This document shows positions 1-8,082 of a stretch of 64,000 nucleotides of DNA, piece after piece (position 1 is the first letter of the stretch; the number at the start of each line of letters is the position of its first letter). Under the pieces are notes generated by a model. That model worked only from the letters and a program-made list of their open reading frames with translations. It ran no database searches and had not been told where the DNA came from. A program made the translations under genes and the position numbers. This stretch comes from Bacilli bacterium (lineage in GTDB: Bacteria > Bacillota_I > Bacilli_A > RFN20 > CAG-826). The stretch spans positions 10,981 to 74,980 of the forward strand of contig JAZRYE010000011.1 in NCBI GenBank assembly GCA_045600585.1, written 5' to 3'.

Positions 1-1
1 A

Positions 2-499
2 TTCTCTAAATTAGCTTGGGATCTTAACGGTGATGTCGTTAAATATCGTAACGACTATATAAGATATTATTTCGGTGAAGATGCTTATGAACTTATGATT
101 GAGTTCCAGGATATCATCGCTCTTCAATATAAATTAATGGAAGAAGCAGGCGAAAACATGACTTCTGGAAAGCAACATACAAAAGCTGAATACTGGCCTT
201 ATGAAGTTACAAAACGTATGGTTGATTGCTTCTTAGAAGCTATTGAAAAAACAAAAGCTAATGAGAACTTAAGCGAAGAACAAATTGATGCATATGTAGA
301 AAATCTCGAAAGAGCTTCTATCACCGCTAAATGGATGCGTTTAAGCGAATATGCTAGATACGCTGGTGTCACTGATGCTGATGTTGCTGAAATTGCTAAA
401 GACTTCGTTGATTTAGCAGAAAAATATCAGTTCAACAAATATGGTGAACCAGGTAACTGCAACCTTGCTGATATCAAATCTCAATATAATATTGATTAA
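2..499 (+). CDS. 5'-truncated protein, C-terminal part of a DUF4838-like (putative glycoside hydrolase-associated) protein
   Basis: Frame is open from base 2 (FSKLAWDLNGDVVKYRNDYIRYYFGEDA...) into the 95..499 ORF; the SKLAW...YYFG motif resembles DUF4838 C-termini. Confidence 0.55.
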   Translation, partial: FSKLAWDLNGDVVKYRNDYIRYYFGEDAYELMIEFQDIIALQYKLMEEAGENMTSGKQHTKAEYWPYEVTKRMVDCFLEAIEKTKANENLSEEQIDAYVENLERASITAKWMRLSEYARYAGVTDADVAEIAKDFVDLAEKYQFNKYGEPGNCNLADIKSQYNID

Positions 500-507
500 T
501 AAAAATT

Positions 508-534
508 GCACGATGCCTAACACATCGTGCTTTT
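508..534. terminator. Probable bidirectional intrinsic terminator between convergent genes
   Basis: GCACGATG-cctaaca-CATCGTGC stem with A-rich 5' flank and TTTT 3' flank. Confidence 0.75.
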
Positions 535-535
535 C

Positions 536-1348
536 TTATTCTCTATTAATTTTTCTATATTTTTGAGGAGTCATTCCTTCTTTTCTTTGGAAGTATTTGA
601 AGAAATAAGGTAATGTTTTAAATCCGTTTTCATATGCAATTTCTGTTACTGGTTTATCTGATATTCGTAACCAGAATTTAATCTCTTTTAATCTTCTTTC
701 TTTGAGATAATTCATAACGGATATTCCATATTGTTCTTTAAAAGAATGAATTAATGTAGATTTAGAACAATAGAACATTTTACATAAGTCGTCTATTTCA
801 ATTTCTGCATGGTAGTTTTTCTCTAAATAGTTTGCAACTTTTGCAGTTAAACTTGTTCCTTTACTGATATAGGTAGGAAGTCTTTCTGCTTTTGTTAAAC
901 TTGTTGCTATATTTAAGATTGCACTGACAAGGTTAGATAATACATTAGTGTCTTCATATAATTTGTTTTGAATAATATCTTTGATTAATAAGATAACCGC
1001 TTCAATATGCTTAATATCTGTTTGAGTAATAAGTACATCTTTATCTGCAATATCAAAGGAAACGTTACTAAATCCTAAAATATAAAATGATCCTTGTGTT
1101 TTACTTGAAGTCGCGTGATTTGCATATGGGTTAACAATCATTAATCCGCCTCTACTTACTTTAACTTTTTGACCATCACAAACAAACATTCCTTCTCCAT
1201 CAAAGCAAATGTTAATTTCACAGTTAACGTGGTTAGAGATATTAGCAGGGAAATCACCAATAATATTGATTACTAAATATTCAAGTTTTGGCTTGTTTTC
1301 ATCAACAAATAAATGCCCTGTATCGATTCTTTCATATTGGTCAATCAT
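536..1348 (-). CDS. AraC/XylS-family transcriptional regulator (cupin sensor + HTH)
   Basis: N-terminal cupin motif (HVNCEI...HAT) and C-terminal AraC signature EIAYENGF...YFFKYFQRKEGMTPQKYR; AGGAGG RBS at 1355-1360 (minus). Confidence 0.93.
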   Translation of the reverse strand: MIDQYERIDTGHLFVDENKPKLEYLVINIIGDFPANISNHVNCEINICFDGEGMFVCDGQKVKVSRGGLMIVNPYANHATSSKTQGSFYILGFSNVSFDIADKDVLITQTDIKHIEAVILLIKDIIQNKLYEDTNVLSNLVSAILNIATSLTKAERLPTYISKGTSLTAKVANYLEKNYHAEIEIDDLCKMFYCSKSTLIHSFKEQYGISVMNYLKERRLKEIKFWLRISDKPVTEIAYENGFKTLPYFFKYFQRKEGMTPQKYRKINRE

Positions 1349-1359
1349 AAGAACCCTCC

Positions 1360-1423
1360 TGCAGTATTGATTATTTCATATGCACTTTTGATTATATTAT
1401 AAATAATATATTTTTACTATAAT
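1360..1423 (+). promoter_or_regulatory. Putative AraC operator (tandem direct repeat, 21-bp period) plus -10 box for the lipoprotein gene
   Basis: TGCAGTATTGATTA (1360-1373) and TGCACTTTTGATTA (1381-1394); TATAAT at 1418-1423; same geometry recurs at 7022-7085. Confidence 0.7.
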
Positions 1424-1456
1424 TAAAGTACATAAATCATTTTGGAGAATAATTCT

Positions 1457-4400
1457 ATGAAAAGAAAACTCAAAAAAGCACTTATTGTGTGTGGAGCAAT
1501 GATTCCTTTAGTTTTTTCTGCTGCATGCGGAAATAAAGGTGGAAGCAGTGATAATAAATCTGATGAATCATCTATTATCGATGTAGTTAAGTACACGGTT
1601 TCATTACCAACAAATCAAGTTGGTTATACATGTACTGGAGCTTTCACTGTTGTCGAAGGAACTGACTACACATTCCATATTTCTATTAATGATGGCTATA
1701 CCGGCAAAAATATGGTCGTTAAAGTTAACGGCAATGTTGTTGAAGGTGATTCTGAAGGCAATTATGTTATTAGACAAGTTAAACAAAATCTTGTTGTTAC
1801 AGTTGAAGGCGTCTACGAAAAGAGCCGCATTGATTTAACAAAGAACTCATTTGTCTTTAACATGGCTAGAGTTACTTCTGAAATGAAAGAAAAAGCATAT
1901 TACTTAGCAAATGCAACTGGATTTGCTCAAGGTGCGGAAGCTCAAGTTGATGTTGATTTATCAGAAGTTATATGGGATGCCGAAGGCGATTACATCATTA
2001 CATATTTCTTAGTCAATGAACCAACTGTAATGAAAACCGCAATCATCTTCTTATATGAAAATAAAGTAGCATCTAATGTAAACATCGAATTATCTGACTA
2101 TATGCAACCAATCGTTGATAGTGATGTATTCGGTATTGTTCATAACGATTTCACTCTCTATGGACCAGATGGACATTTATTAACTGCAGAAGAAGTTAGA
2201 TATGATACAAATTCTAAGATTAACTTCTTATCTTTCGATTACATTAGAACATTACAAATTAACACAAATTTAAAATTCACAATCCATTATTTCGAAGATG
2301 AATATGAATTTACATTAGTCATTTCCGATAATGAAGAACCTGTTGTTTTATTCTCAAAAGAAGAAGGAACTTATGGTTTTAAGTTAGGCGGAGAAATATC
2401 TTTACCAACCGCATCATTAAAAGGTGTTTCTGCTCAAGATGTTGAATTCAAATATTATTGTGATGATGAAGAATACGATCCTTCAACATTCGCATTAACA
2501 GAAGTTGGAACATATAGCTTAAAGATTGAAACTTATCATAAAGGTGTATTAAATTCTGATTTAGTTAGAGAATTCACATATGAAATCTTAGAAAATTATG
2601 AAATCACTGATTCTACTGACTTAAATAGTGGATTCTTGTTCTATAACACAGAAGTATTTGGTAAATATTTCACAGGTACAACAGTTGTATCTACAAACCC
2701 TATTAATAAAGTTGCAACATGTACTTCAAGTGGATTTATATTATCAAATGAATTCATTAGAGCATGTAAGGCAAAAGGCCTTAATTACATGACAATCCAA
2801 GTATCTGCTGTTGCTGAAGATGGATCAGCTATTACTGCTATTCCAATGGTCAGTAGAGCTGTTGAAGAAGATATTCCATCAAAAGATTGGTGGAGAACAT
2901 ATTTCTCACAAAATACATGCGATGGCACATTATCAACAACAATTGATTTCAATAATATTGATTTAGATGCTGTTCCAACATGGTGTTTATATTTCTCATT
3001 CAGAACTGATACCAGCGGTGGATTAGATGTTGTTGCAAATTATGAAATTACAGGCCTTAAATTCTCTGATACTCCAATCAAACCTGAAACAAAGATTGGC
3101 TGGTCTACAACAAGCGCTAATGCTAGTATTCAAGAAGTATTACGTGAAGAAGGTAAATATCAAGTTAATGTAACTAACATTGAAGTTCTTTGGAAGCATC
3201 TTGCTTTTGGTGGGGTTAATAATTTATATGATTTAGGTTATAGAAAAGTTGAAGTTTCTGTAACTGGTAACGAACACACAATTTGTGCTTATACAAATAA
3301 AGCAATCGATATTCCAAACTATAATCACATAATTAAAAAGGATGGTGGTTCTGTCGAATTATCATTAGTTGATGGTTATGATTACGTTGCTATTATGACT
3401 ACACGTGCGACTGAAGGCTTAAATGATGATGAAACACAAGATGGTGTAGAAAACTTAACAGTTACACTTACATTCACAAAACCTGCTCATGAAGGTGAAG
3501 GCGTTGCAACATTTGATGATTGGTCATCTAATGGAAACGCCAAATTCCATGTCACAACAAGTGATCCTGATAATGGCAAATTTAAATTTGGCATTTCTGA
3601 TATGGATATTAGATGGGAAAAAGCTTCTTATACAGGATTAGATAAGATGTACGCAAAAGGATATCGTTATGTAAAGATTGATATCTCTGGTAATAACCAT
3701 ACATTAATTGTCTATCGTGGACCTTCTATTGAAATAAATGATTCTATCGACGGCTATTCAAATAAGGTCTTGCCTACTGCTGGTAGTATTGTCTTACCAA
3801 TTGATGCAACTAATAATGTCTTAACAATTATGACAACTAGAGGCTTTGATGGTAAGTTAGAAGATACTGACGTTGACGGCTCTATTGGTGGTCCATTTGA
3901 AGAACTTGAAGTTGAAGTAACATTCAATACTGATGGCATGTTCGGAACATATGAAGAAGAATTTGCTCAAGGCCGTGGTTATAGCAACCTTAATGGTGGT
4001 AAAATCGCAGTCGCTCAGGATGGATTATCTCATACTATTACCGGTTCATGGCAAATCAACTTCGATCAAGCATTTGCTGCTAAAGCATACGCTGAAGGAT
4101 TCAAGACTTTGACATTTGATGTTATTATCGGTCATGAACTCGGTGGTGATTGTAACTATTTACAAATGGGTTCTGGTAAATTCATTACATTAGACGAAAC
4201 TGGCCATGGTTCATTAGAATTTGACTTAAATGATCTTGCTAAAAATAACACCTATATGAGAGGTAAAACATCTTCAACTGGTAGTTATGGTGACAATATC
4301 GCTGGATTTAATATCAAGATTTATAACGTTCATATCTCTACAGAAGAAAGCTCTGCTGCTGTTCAAACCGCTAGAGACGAATTAGCTTCTATCTTCTATA

Positions 4401-4801
4401 CTGAATCTGGATGTTGGAGATTATTAAGACATAACGGATGGGGTAGTACACCTTGGGGAGAAGGAAATACAACATTACACTTAGCATTAAATGAATTCTT
4501 CCAATTCACTAATACATTCTTCCAAAAAGTAAAAACTGCTGGTTATACAAAACTAACACTTACTGTTGTATCTACTGGTGAAAACGATGTTGCTGTTTCA
4601 TATTTAAGATTTGCTACAGATAAGTTATCACCTGAATATAGTGCAATCTTAGAAGGTGGTAGTGGAACAATTACATTAGATTTCACATCTATTCTTGAAA
4701 ACTTAAATGAGAATGTCACGTTGTTTGCTAGACCATACAATGCTTCTAACTCATTAATGAAAGCTACATTTGTAATTTCAGGATTCGTTTTTGAAGAATA
4801 A
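1457..4801 (+). CDS. Large multi-domain lipoprotein with repeated beta-rich modules (putative glycan-binding)
   Basis: ATG 1457 after GGAG; signal peptide with lipobox-like FSAAC; Ser-rich linker; internal repeats (GYRKV...GNEHT...IMTTR / GYRYV...GNNHT...IMTTR). Confidence 0.8.
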   Translation: MKRKLKKALIVCGAMIPLVFSAACGNKGGSSDNKSDESSIIDVVKYTVSLPTNQVGYTCTGAFTVVEGTDYTFHISINDGYTGKNMVVKVNGNVVEGDSEGNYVIRQVKQNLVVTVEGVYEKSRIDLTKNSFVFNMARVTSEMKEKAYYLANATGFAQGAEAQVDVDLSEVIWDAEGDYIITYFLVNEPTVMKTAIIFLYENKVASNVNIELSDYMQPIVDSDVFGIVHNDFTLYGPDGHLLTAEEVRYDTNSKINFLSFDYIRTLQINTNLKFTIHYFEDEYEFTLVISDNEEPVVLFSKEEGTYGFKLGGEISLPTASLKGVSAQDVEFKYYCDDEEYDPSTFALTEVGTYSLKIETYHKGVLNSDLVREFTYEILENYEITDSTDLNSGFLFYNTEVFGKYFTGTTVVSTNPINKVATCTSSGFILSNEFIRACKAKGLNYMTIQVSAVAEDGSAITAIPMVSRAVEEDIPSKDWWRTYFSQNTCDGTLSTTIDFNNIDLDAVPTWCLYFSFRTDTSGGLDVVANYEITGLKFSDTPIKPETKIGWSTTSANASIQEVLREEGKYQVNVTNIEVLWKHLAFGGVNNLYDLGYRKVEVSVTGNEHTICAYTNKAIDIPNYNHIIKKDGGSVELSLVDGYDYVAIMTTRATEGLNDDETQDGVENLTVTLTFTKPAHEGEGVATFDDWSSNGNAKFHVTTSDPDNGKFKFGISDMDIRWEKASYTGLDKMYAKGYRYVKIDISGNNHTLIVYRGPSIEINDSIDGYSNKVLPTAGSIVLPIDATNNVLTIMTTRGFDGKLEDTDVDGSIGGPFEELEVEVTFNTDGMFGTYEEEFAQGRGYSNLNGGKIAVAQDGLSHTITGSWQINFDQAFAAKAYAEGFKTLTFDVIIGHELGGDCNYLQMGSGKFITLDETGHGSLEFDLNDLAKNNTYMRGKTSSTGSYGDNIAGFNIKIYNVHISTEESSAAVQTARDELASIFYTESGCWRLLRHNGWGSTPWGEGNTTLHLALNEFFQFTNTFFQKVKTAGYTKLTLTVVSTGENDVAVSYLRFATDKLSPEYSAILEGGSGTITLDFTSILENLNENVTLFARPYNASNSLMKATFVISGFVFEE

Positions 4802-4821
4802 TTATTTAAAAAATATGCATC

Positions 4822-4854
4822 AGCAAGGCTCATAAAGGGTCTTGCTTTTGTTTT
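4822..4854 (+). terminator. Intrinsic terminator
   Basis: AGCAAGGCTC-ataaa-GGGTCTTGCT (with G-U pairs) followed by a T-rich tract. Confidence 0.75.
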
Positions 4855-4975
4855 ATCTAAAAATAATTAAAAAAGTATCTCTTATTATTAATATCTTATT
4901 TATATAATTTATATATTACTTAAAAATCTATTATATTAATAATAGAGAGATAAAAATTTGAGGCAAAAATAATGC

Positions 4976-5005
4976 TTGCAAATATGACATAAACGCCATT
5001 AATAT
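4976..5005 (+). promoter_or_regulatory. Putative sigma-A promoter giving a leaderless transcript of the 121-aa gene
   Basis: TTGCAA (4976-4981), 18-nt spacer, TAATAT (5000-5005); ATG at 5012 lies where a start site is expected; no SD upstream. Confidence 0.5.
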
Positions 5006-5011
5006 TTTGGC

Positions 5012-5377
5012 ATGGCAAAGATTAAGAATGTTGATTCGAACATAGTTAAAAAATTAAATCAATTAATTATACCTTTTAAAACTAACAATGGAGAAAAAGT
5101 TGTCTTTGCCGATAAAGGTAGATATGGCACAAGATTTGAGCATATAGCTGATAAAAAGCATCATTTAACCATTAGAGACATTGATCTTATACCATATATT
5201 TTATTGAATCCTTTTGCTGTTAGGAAATCAAAAAAAGTCGGATCAACAGTTTGTTATTTTGGAAAACGAAAAGGAGTTAATAAAAAACAATATTTAAAAA
5301 TAGTTATAGACTTTAGAAATGAGAAAGAAGGAAAGATTGTTACAATATATCCAACAAAGACTATAGACAAGTCTTGA
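5012..5377 (+). CDS. Small basic BECR-fold (PBECR-like) ribonuclease, putative toxin
   Basis: 121 aa, Lys/Arg-rich; pattern EHIADKKH...IPYILLNP...YFGK...LKIVI...GKIVTIYP resembles phage-Barnase-EndoU-ColicinE5/D-RelE-like nucleases. Confidence 0.65.
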   Translation: MAKIKNVDSNIVKKLNQLIIPFKTNNGEKVVFADKGRYGTRFEHIADKKHHLTIRDIDLIPYILLNPFAVRKSKKVGSTVCYFGKRKGVNKKQYLKIVIDFRNEKEGKIVTIYPTKTIDKS

Positions 5378-5401
5378 AAATGTTTAAATAATATGTAAAA
5401 T
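5374..5401 (+). promoter_or_regulatory. Putative sigma-A promoter for the downstream structured RNA
   Basis: TTGAAA (5374-5379, overlapping the stop codon), 16-nt spacer, TAAAAT (5396-5401); no plus-strand gene follows. Confidence 0.5.
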
Positions 5402-5405
5402 GAAA

Positions 5406-5508
5406 TTATCAAAGGTGGAAAATGAGCTAACGACCACGGCGCATCCATATTCTGTATGGGTGGGGCATTGCGATCTCCGAAGTGGCTCACGGAGTTGGTA
5501 AATTCATT
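5406..5508 (+). ncRNA. Candidate structured non-coding RNA, four-way junction with loop-loop pairing (tRNA-like topology)
   Basis: GC-rich island in AT-rich context; stems 5406-5412/5495-5501, 5415-5418/5434-5437, 5442-5450/5454-5462, 5475-5479/5490-5494; loop TGAGCTA (5423-5429) complementary to loop TGGCTCA (5483-5489). Confidence 0.65.
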
Positions 5509-5515
5509 CTTATAA

Positions 5516-5546
5516 AAAAGTCAGGTTACACATCCGCCTGACTTTT
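5516..5546. terminator. Bidirectional intrinsic terminator
   Basis: AAAAGTCAGG-11 nt-CCTGACTTTT between the candidate ncRNA and the convergent GH-like gene. Confidence 0.8.
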
Positions 5547-6969
5547 ACTTTTGTTTTAAATAAATTCCTTCACCTTCATCAAGGGTAATATTTAATTTAC
5601 CTTTAATCTTTTTGGAATAGCTTTTTCGATAAAGGATATATTCTTTATTATCTAATTCGATATTAATTTTGTTTTTAAATATCGAAGCCATATTAACAAT
5701 ATAGAATCTCTTTTTATTATTTCTCTTAAATTCTGATATCAACATATTATTAGTAGAAGATATTACATTAAGATGCTGCTTATCCATTTGATATCCTTTT
5801 GGTAAATTACCAAGATAGATACCTTCCCCAGCAGGAATAGCTAGTGCTTCTTCTTTTGTTAGTCCGTTATAGTACTTACCATATCCTTTAATACCAACGA
5901 ATTGGCTATTTAGATAATCGTTTTCTATATTATCGAAGTATTTATTAATATTTAGCAAATAAGAGTAGAAATGGCTTGAATTACCATTAATATCAAAGAA
6001 TCCGCATCTGCCATTTCTTTCGTTTTTATATCTACCAGTATTATCAATTTCGAAATCAACAGGATAAAAACCAGGGAAGAATCCAAATCCAGTACATCCA
6101 TATAATAAAGATGCATGCATTACGAGATCGAATTCGCATTCTTTAAGTTCTCTTTTATCGTTGAACCAGCTGCCTACTGGAACATATGTGAACATCTCCA
6201 TATCGTATTTATCTGCAAATCCTCTTAAAACAGATAAATCTTCAAAGAAGGCAATATGCCATGTATCTTGATTGACGTTATTCCATCTGTTTGTTGTTGG
6301 GTAATCATCAAATGATAAATATTTAAAATGTGTTTTGCTATATAACTCATTAATAAATATAGGATAGAAGTTCATCCTATTTTCAAAAGTCACTTCATAT
6401 TCATCTTTTAACAAGAATGGTTTATCTTCATCTTTTGGTTGATTATTCATTTGTTGATAAGATCCACACCAGAAACCAACTTCTTGCATTTCCCAACCAA
6501 TTGTATTGACATAGAATTCTAAATCAGGGAACGCTTTCTCAAATACTTCTTTTGCATAGATAACACCAGGATAAGAAAGTACTCCACATTCATCAGTAAA
6601 AATAACACCTGCTAAAGCTTTATATCCTCTATATTGATTAATATATGCAATCATTCTATCGTCTAAATCTTTTAATTCTTCTTTGGTTAATTCATTAAAA
6701 GGTTTACGGTTGGTAAAACAATATTTTGTTGCCATATACTCATAGCACATAGGTAATTGGAGATAATATCCGATATGATATTTCTCACATAACTCTAATG
6801 TCTTGATAATAGTGGACTTTCTATTATCGTATCCCCAACCTAATAATCGATTGATTTTACTCTTTTCCATTTTTGAAAAGATTTCATCAGTTAATCTTGA
6901 AGGCAAATTAAATTCTTCTAATGCATCATTAGGTGGAACAAATACCGTTCTAAAGAATTGTTTTTTCAT
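5545..6969 (-). CDS. Putative cytoplasmic glycoside hydrolase-like TIM-barrel protein
   Basis: Motifs ALAGVIFTDE, FYVN, LSFDDYP, LLYGCTGFGFF and a C-terminal beta domain (YIVN...LDEGEG) resemble clan GH-A-like enzymes; sugar-ABC context; ATG 6969 chosen over TTG 6981. Confidence 0.6.
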   Translation of the reverse strand: MKKQFFRTVFVPPNDALEEFNLPSRLTDEIFSKMEKSKINRLLGWGYDNRKSTIIKTLELCEKYHIGYYLQLPMCYEYMATKYCFTNRKPFNELTKEELKDLDDRMIAYINQYRGYKALAGVIFTDECGVLSYPGVIYAKEVFEKAFPDLEFYVNTIGWEMQEVGFWCGSYQQMNNQPKDEDKPFLLKDEYEVTFENRMNFYPIFINELYSKTHFKYLSFDDYPTTNRWNNVNQDTWHIAFFEDLSVLRGFADKYDMEMFTYVPVGSWFNDKRELKECEFDLVMHASLLYGCTGFGFFPGFYPVDFEIDNTGRYKNERNGRCGFFDINGNSSHFYSYLLNINKYFDNIENDYLNSQFVGIKGYGKYYNGLTKEEALAIPAGEGIYLGNLPKGYQMDKQHLNVISSTNNMLISEFKRNNKKRFYIVNMASIFKNKINIELDNKEYILYRKSYSKKIKGKLNITLDEGEGIYLKQK

Positions 6970-7021
6970 ATCTCTATTCAACCATATTATTAATATCTAA
7001 TTATATTTATAATTTCATTCA

Positions 7022-7085
7022 TGCAATTTTGATTACTTGTTATGCAATTTTAATTATGTTTTTATTTACGCGTGAGTGATAGAAT
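7022..7085 (+). promoter_or_regulatory. Putative AraC operator (tandem direct repeat, 21-bp period) plus -10 box for the ABC operon
   Basis: TGCAATTTTGATTA (7022-7035) and TGCAATTTTAATTA (7043-7056); TAGAAT at 7080-7085. Confidence 0.7.
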
Positions 7086-7106
7086 AAGAGCAATTGAATT
7101 AGAATT

Positions 7107-8081
7107 ATGGAACAGGTCATAGAATCCTTTATTATTCCAAAAAGTAAAAAGACAGCAAAAAAGCTTAAAAAAGCTGGTTTTCTTCTTTCTTTCATGGTTT
7201 ATCCATTAATTCTTTTCGTTGTCTTTTATATTTATGTTAACTTCTCCAGTATCTTATTAGCTTTCCAAAGCATTAAGTTAAGTGGTGAAAGAACATTTGT
7301 TGGTTTTAAAAACTTTGCAACGTTCTGGAATGGTATATTCTCTAAAGACAACAGCGCTCTTATTGCTATTTGCTTTAAGAACTCATTAAAGATGTACATT
7401 ATTAGCTTAGTAATATGTATGCCTTTATATATCTTCTTCTCCTATTTGTTATTTAAACAATGCCTAGGTCATAAAGCTATCCGTGCTGTTTCAATGCTTC
7501 CACAAATTATTTCTGGATTCGTCATTTGTATGTTATTCAAGAACTTTATTTCTGGTAGCGATGCACCTGCTATTACAATTTTTGAAAAGTTAGGCATCTT
7601 CCTTGATGATGATGGCTATGGATATAACTTGTTATTCACTGAAGCATTTGCTTTTGGAACAACTCTTTTCTATTCCATTTGGTTATCTTTTGGTACGAAC
7701 TTAATTGTTTATCCAAATGCTATGAAAGAAATTTCTCCAGAAGTTATCGAATCATCTCGATTAGATGGTATCTCTAATATGTTCCAAGATTTATATCATA
7801 TTGTTTTGCCATTAATCTTTCCAACACTTGAAACATTCTTAATTACAGGTTTAGCAGCAATATTCTCCAATGAAGGTCCGCTTATGGGATTCTATTTCAC
7901 AGAAGCTCCTATCTATGTACAAAACATGGGATATTTCTATTCTTGTATGATTATTAATAACTCAGTCGTTAGTTATCCAGTTGCTGCAGCTGGTGGTTTA
8001 ATCATGACTGTATTCGTTGCACCTGCAACATTATTATTAAGATGGGTATTAGAGAAATTTGGCCCAACAACAGAGGCATAA
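7107..8081 (+). CDS. Carbohydrate ABC transporter permease (MalF/UgpA-like)
   Basis: Multiple TM segments, FVGFKNF motif, EAA-like loop EVIESSRLDG. Confidence 0.9.
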   Translation: MEQVIESFIIPKSKKTAKKLKKAGFLLSFMVYPLILFVVFYIYVNFSSILLAFQSIKLSGERTFVGFKNFATFWNGIFSKDNSALIAICFKNSLKMYIISLVICMPLYIFFSYLLFKQCLGHKAIRAVSMLPQIISGFVICMLFKNFISGSDAPAITIFEKLGIFLDDDGYGYNLLFTEAFAFGTTLFYSIWLSFGTNLIVYPNAMKEISPEVIESSRLDGISNMFQDLYHIVLPLIFPTLETFLITGLAAIFSNEGPLMGFYFTEAPIYVQNMGYFYSCMIINNSVVSYPVAAAGGLIMTVFVAPATLLLRWVLEKFGPTTEA

Positions 8082-8082
8082 T

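Noticed and set aside
5254-5490. 78-aa minus-strand ORF overlapping the RNase gene, considered as a protein antitoxin
   Set aside because: GTG start without SD, immediately after the terminator on that strand; its openness is explained by the GC-rich structured RNA and antisense overlap
5406-5508. Canonical tRNA, T-box or self-cleaving ribozyme
   Set aside because: No GTTCRA T-loop, no CCA, oversized loops; no T-box, hammerhead (CTGANGA/GAAA) or clear twister/HDV core recognised
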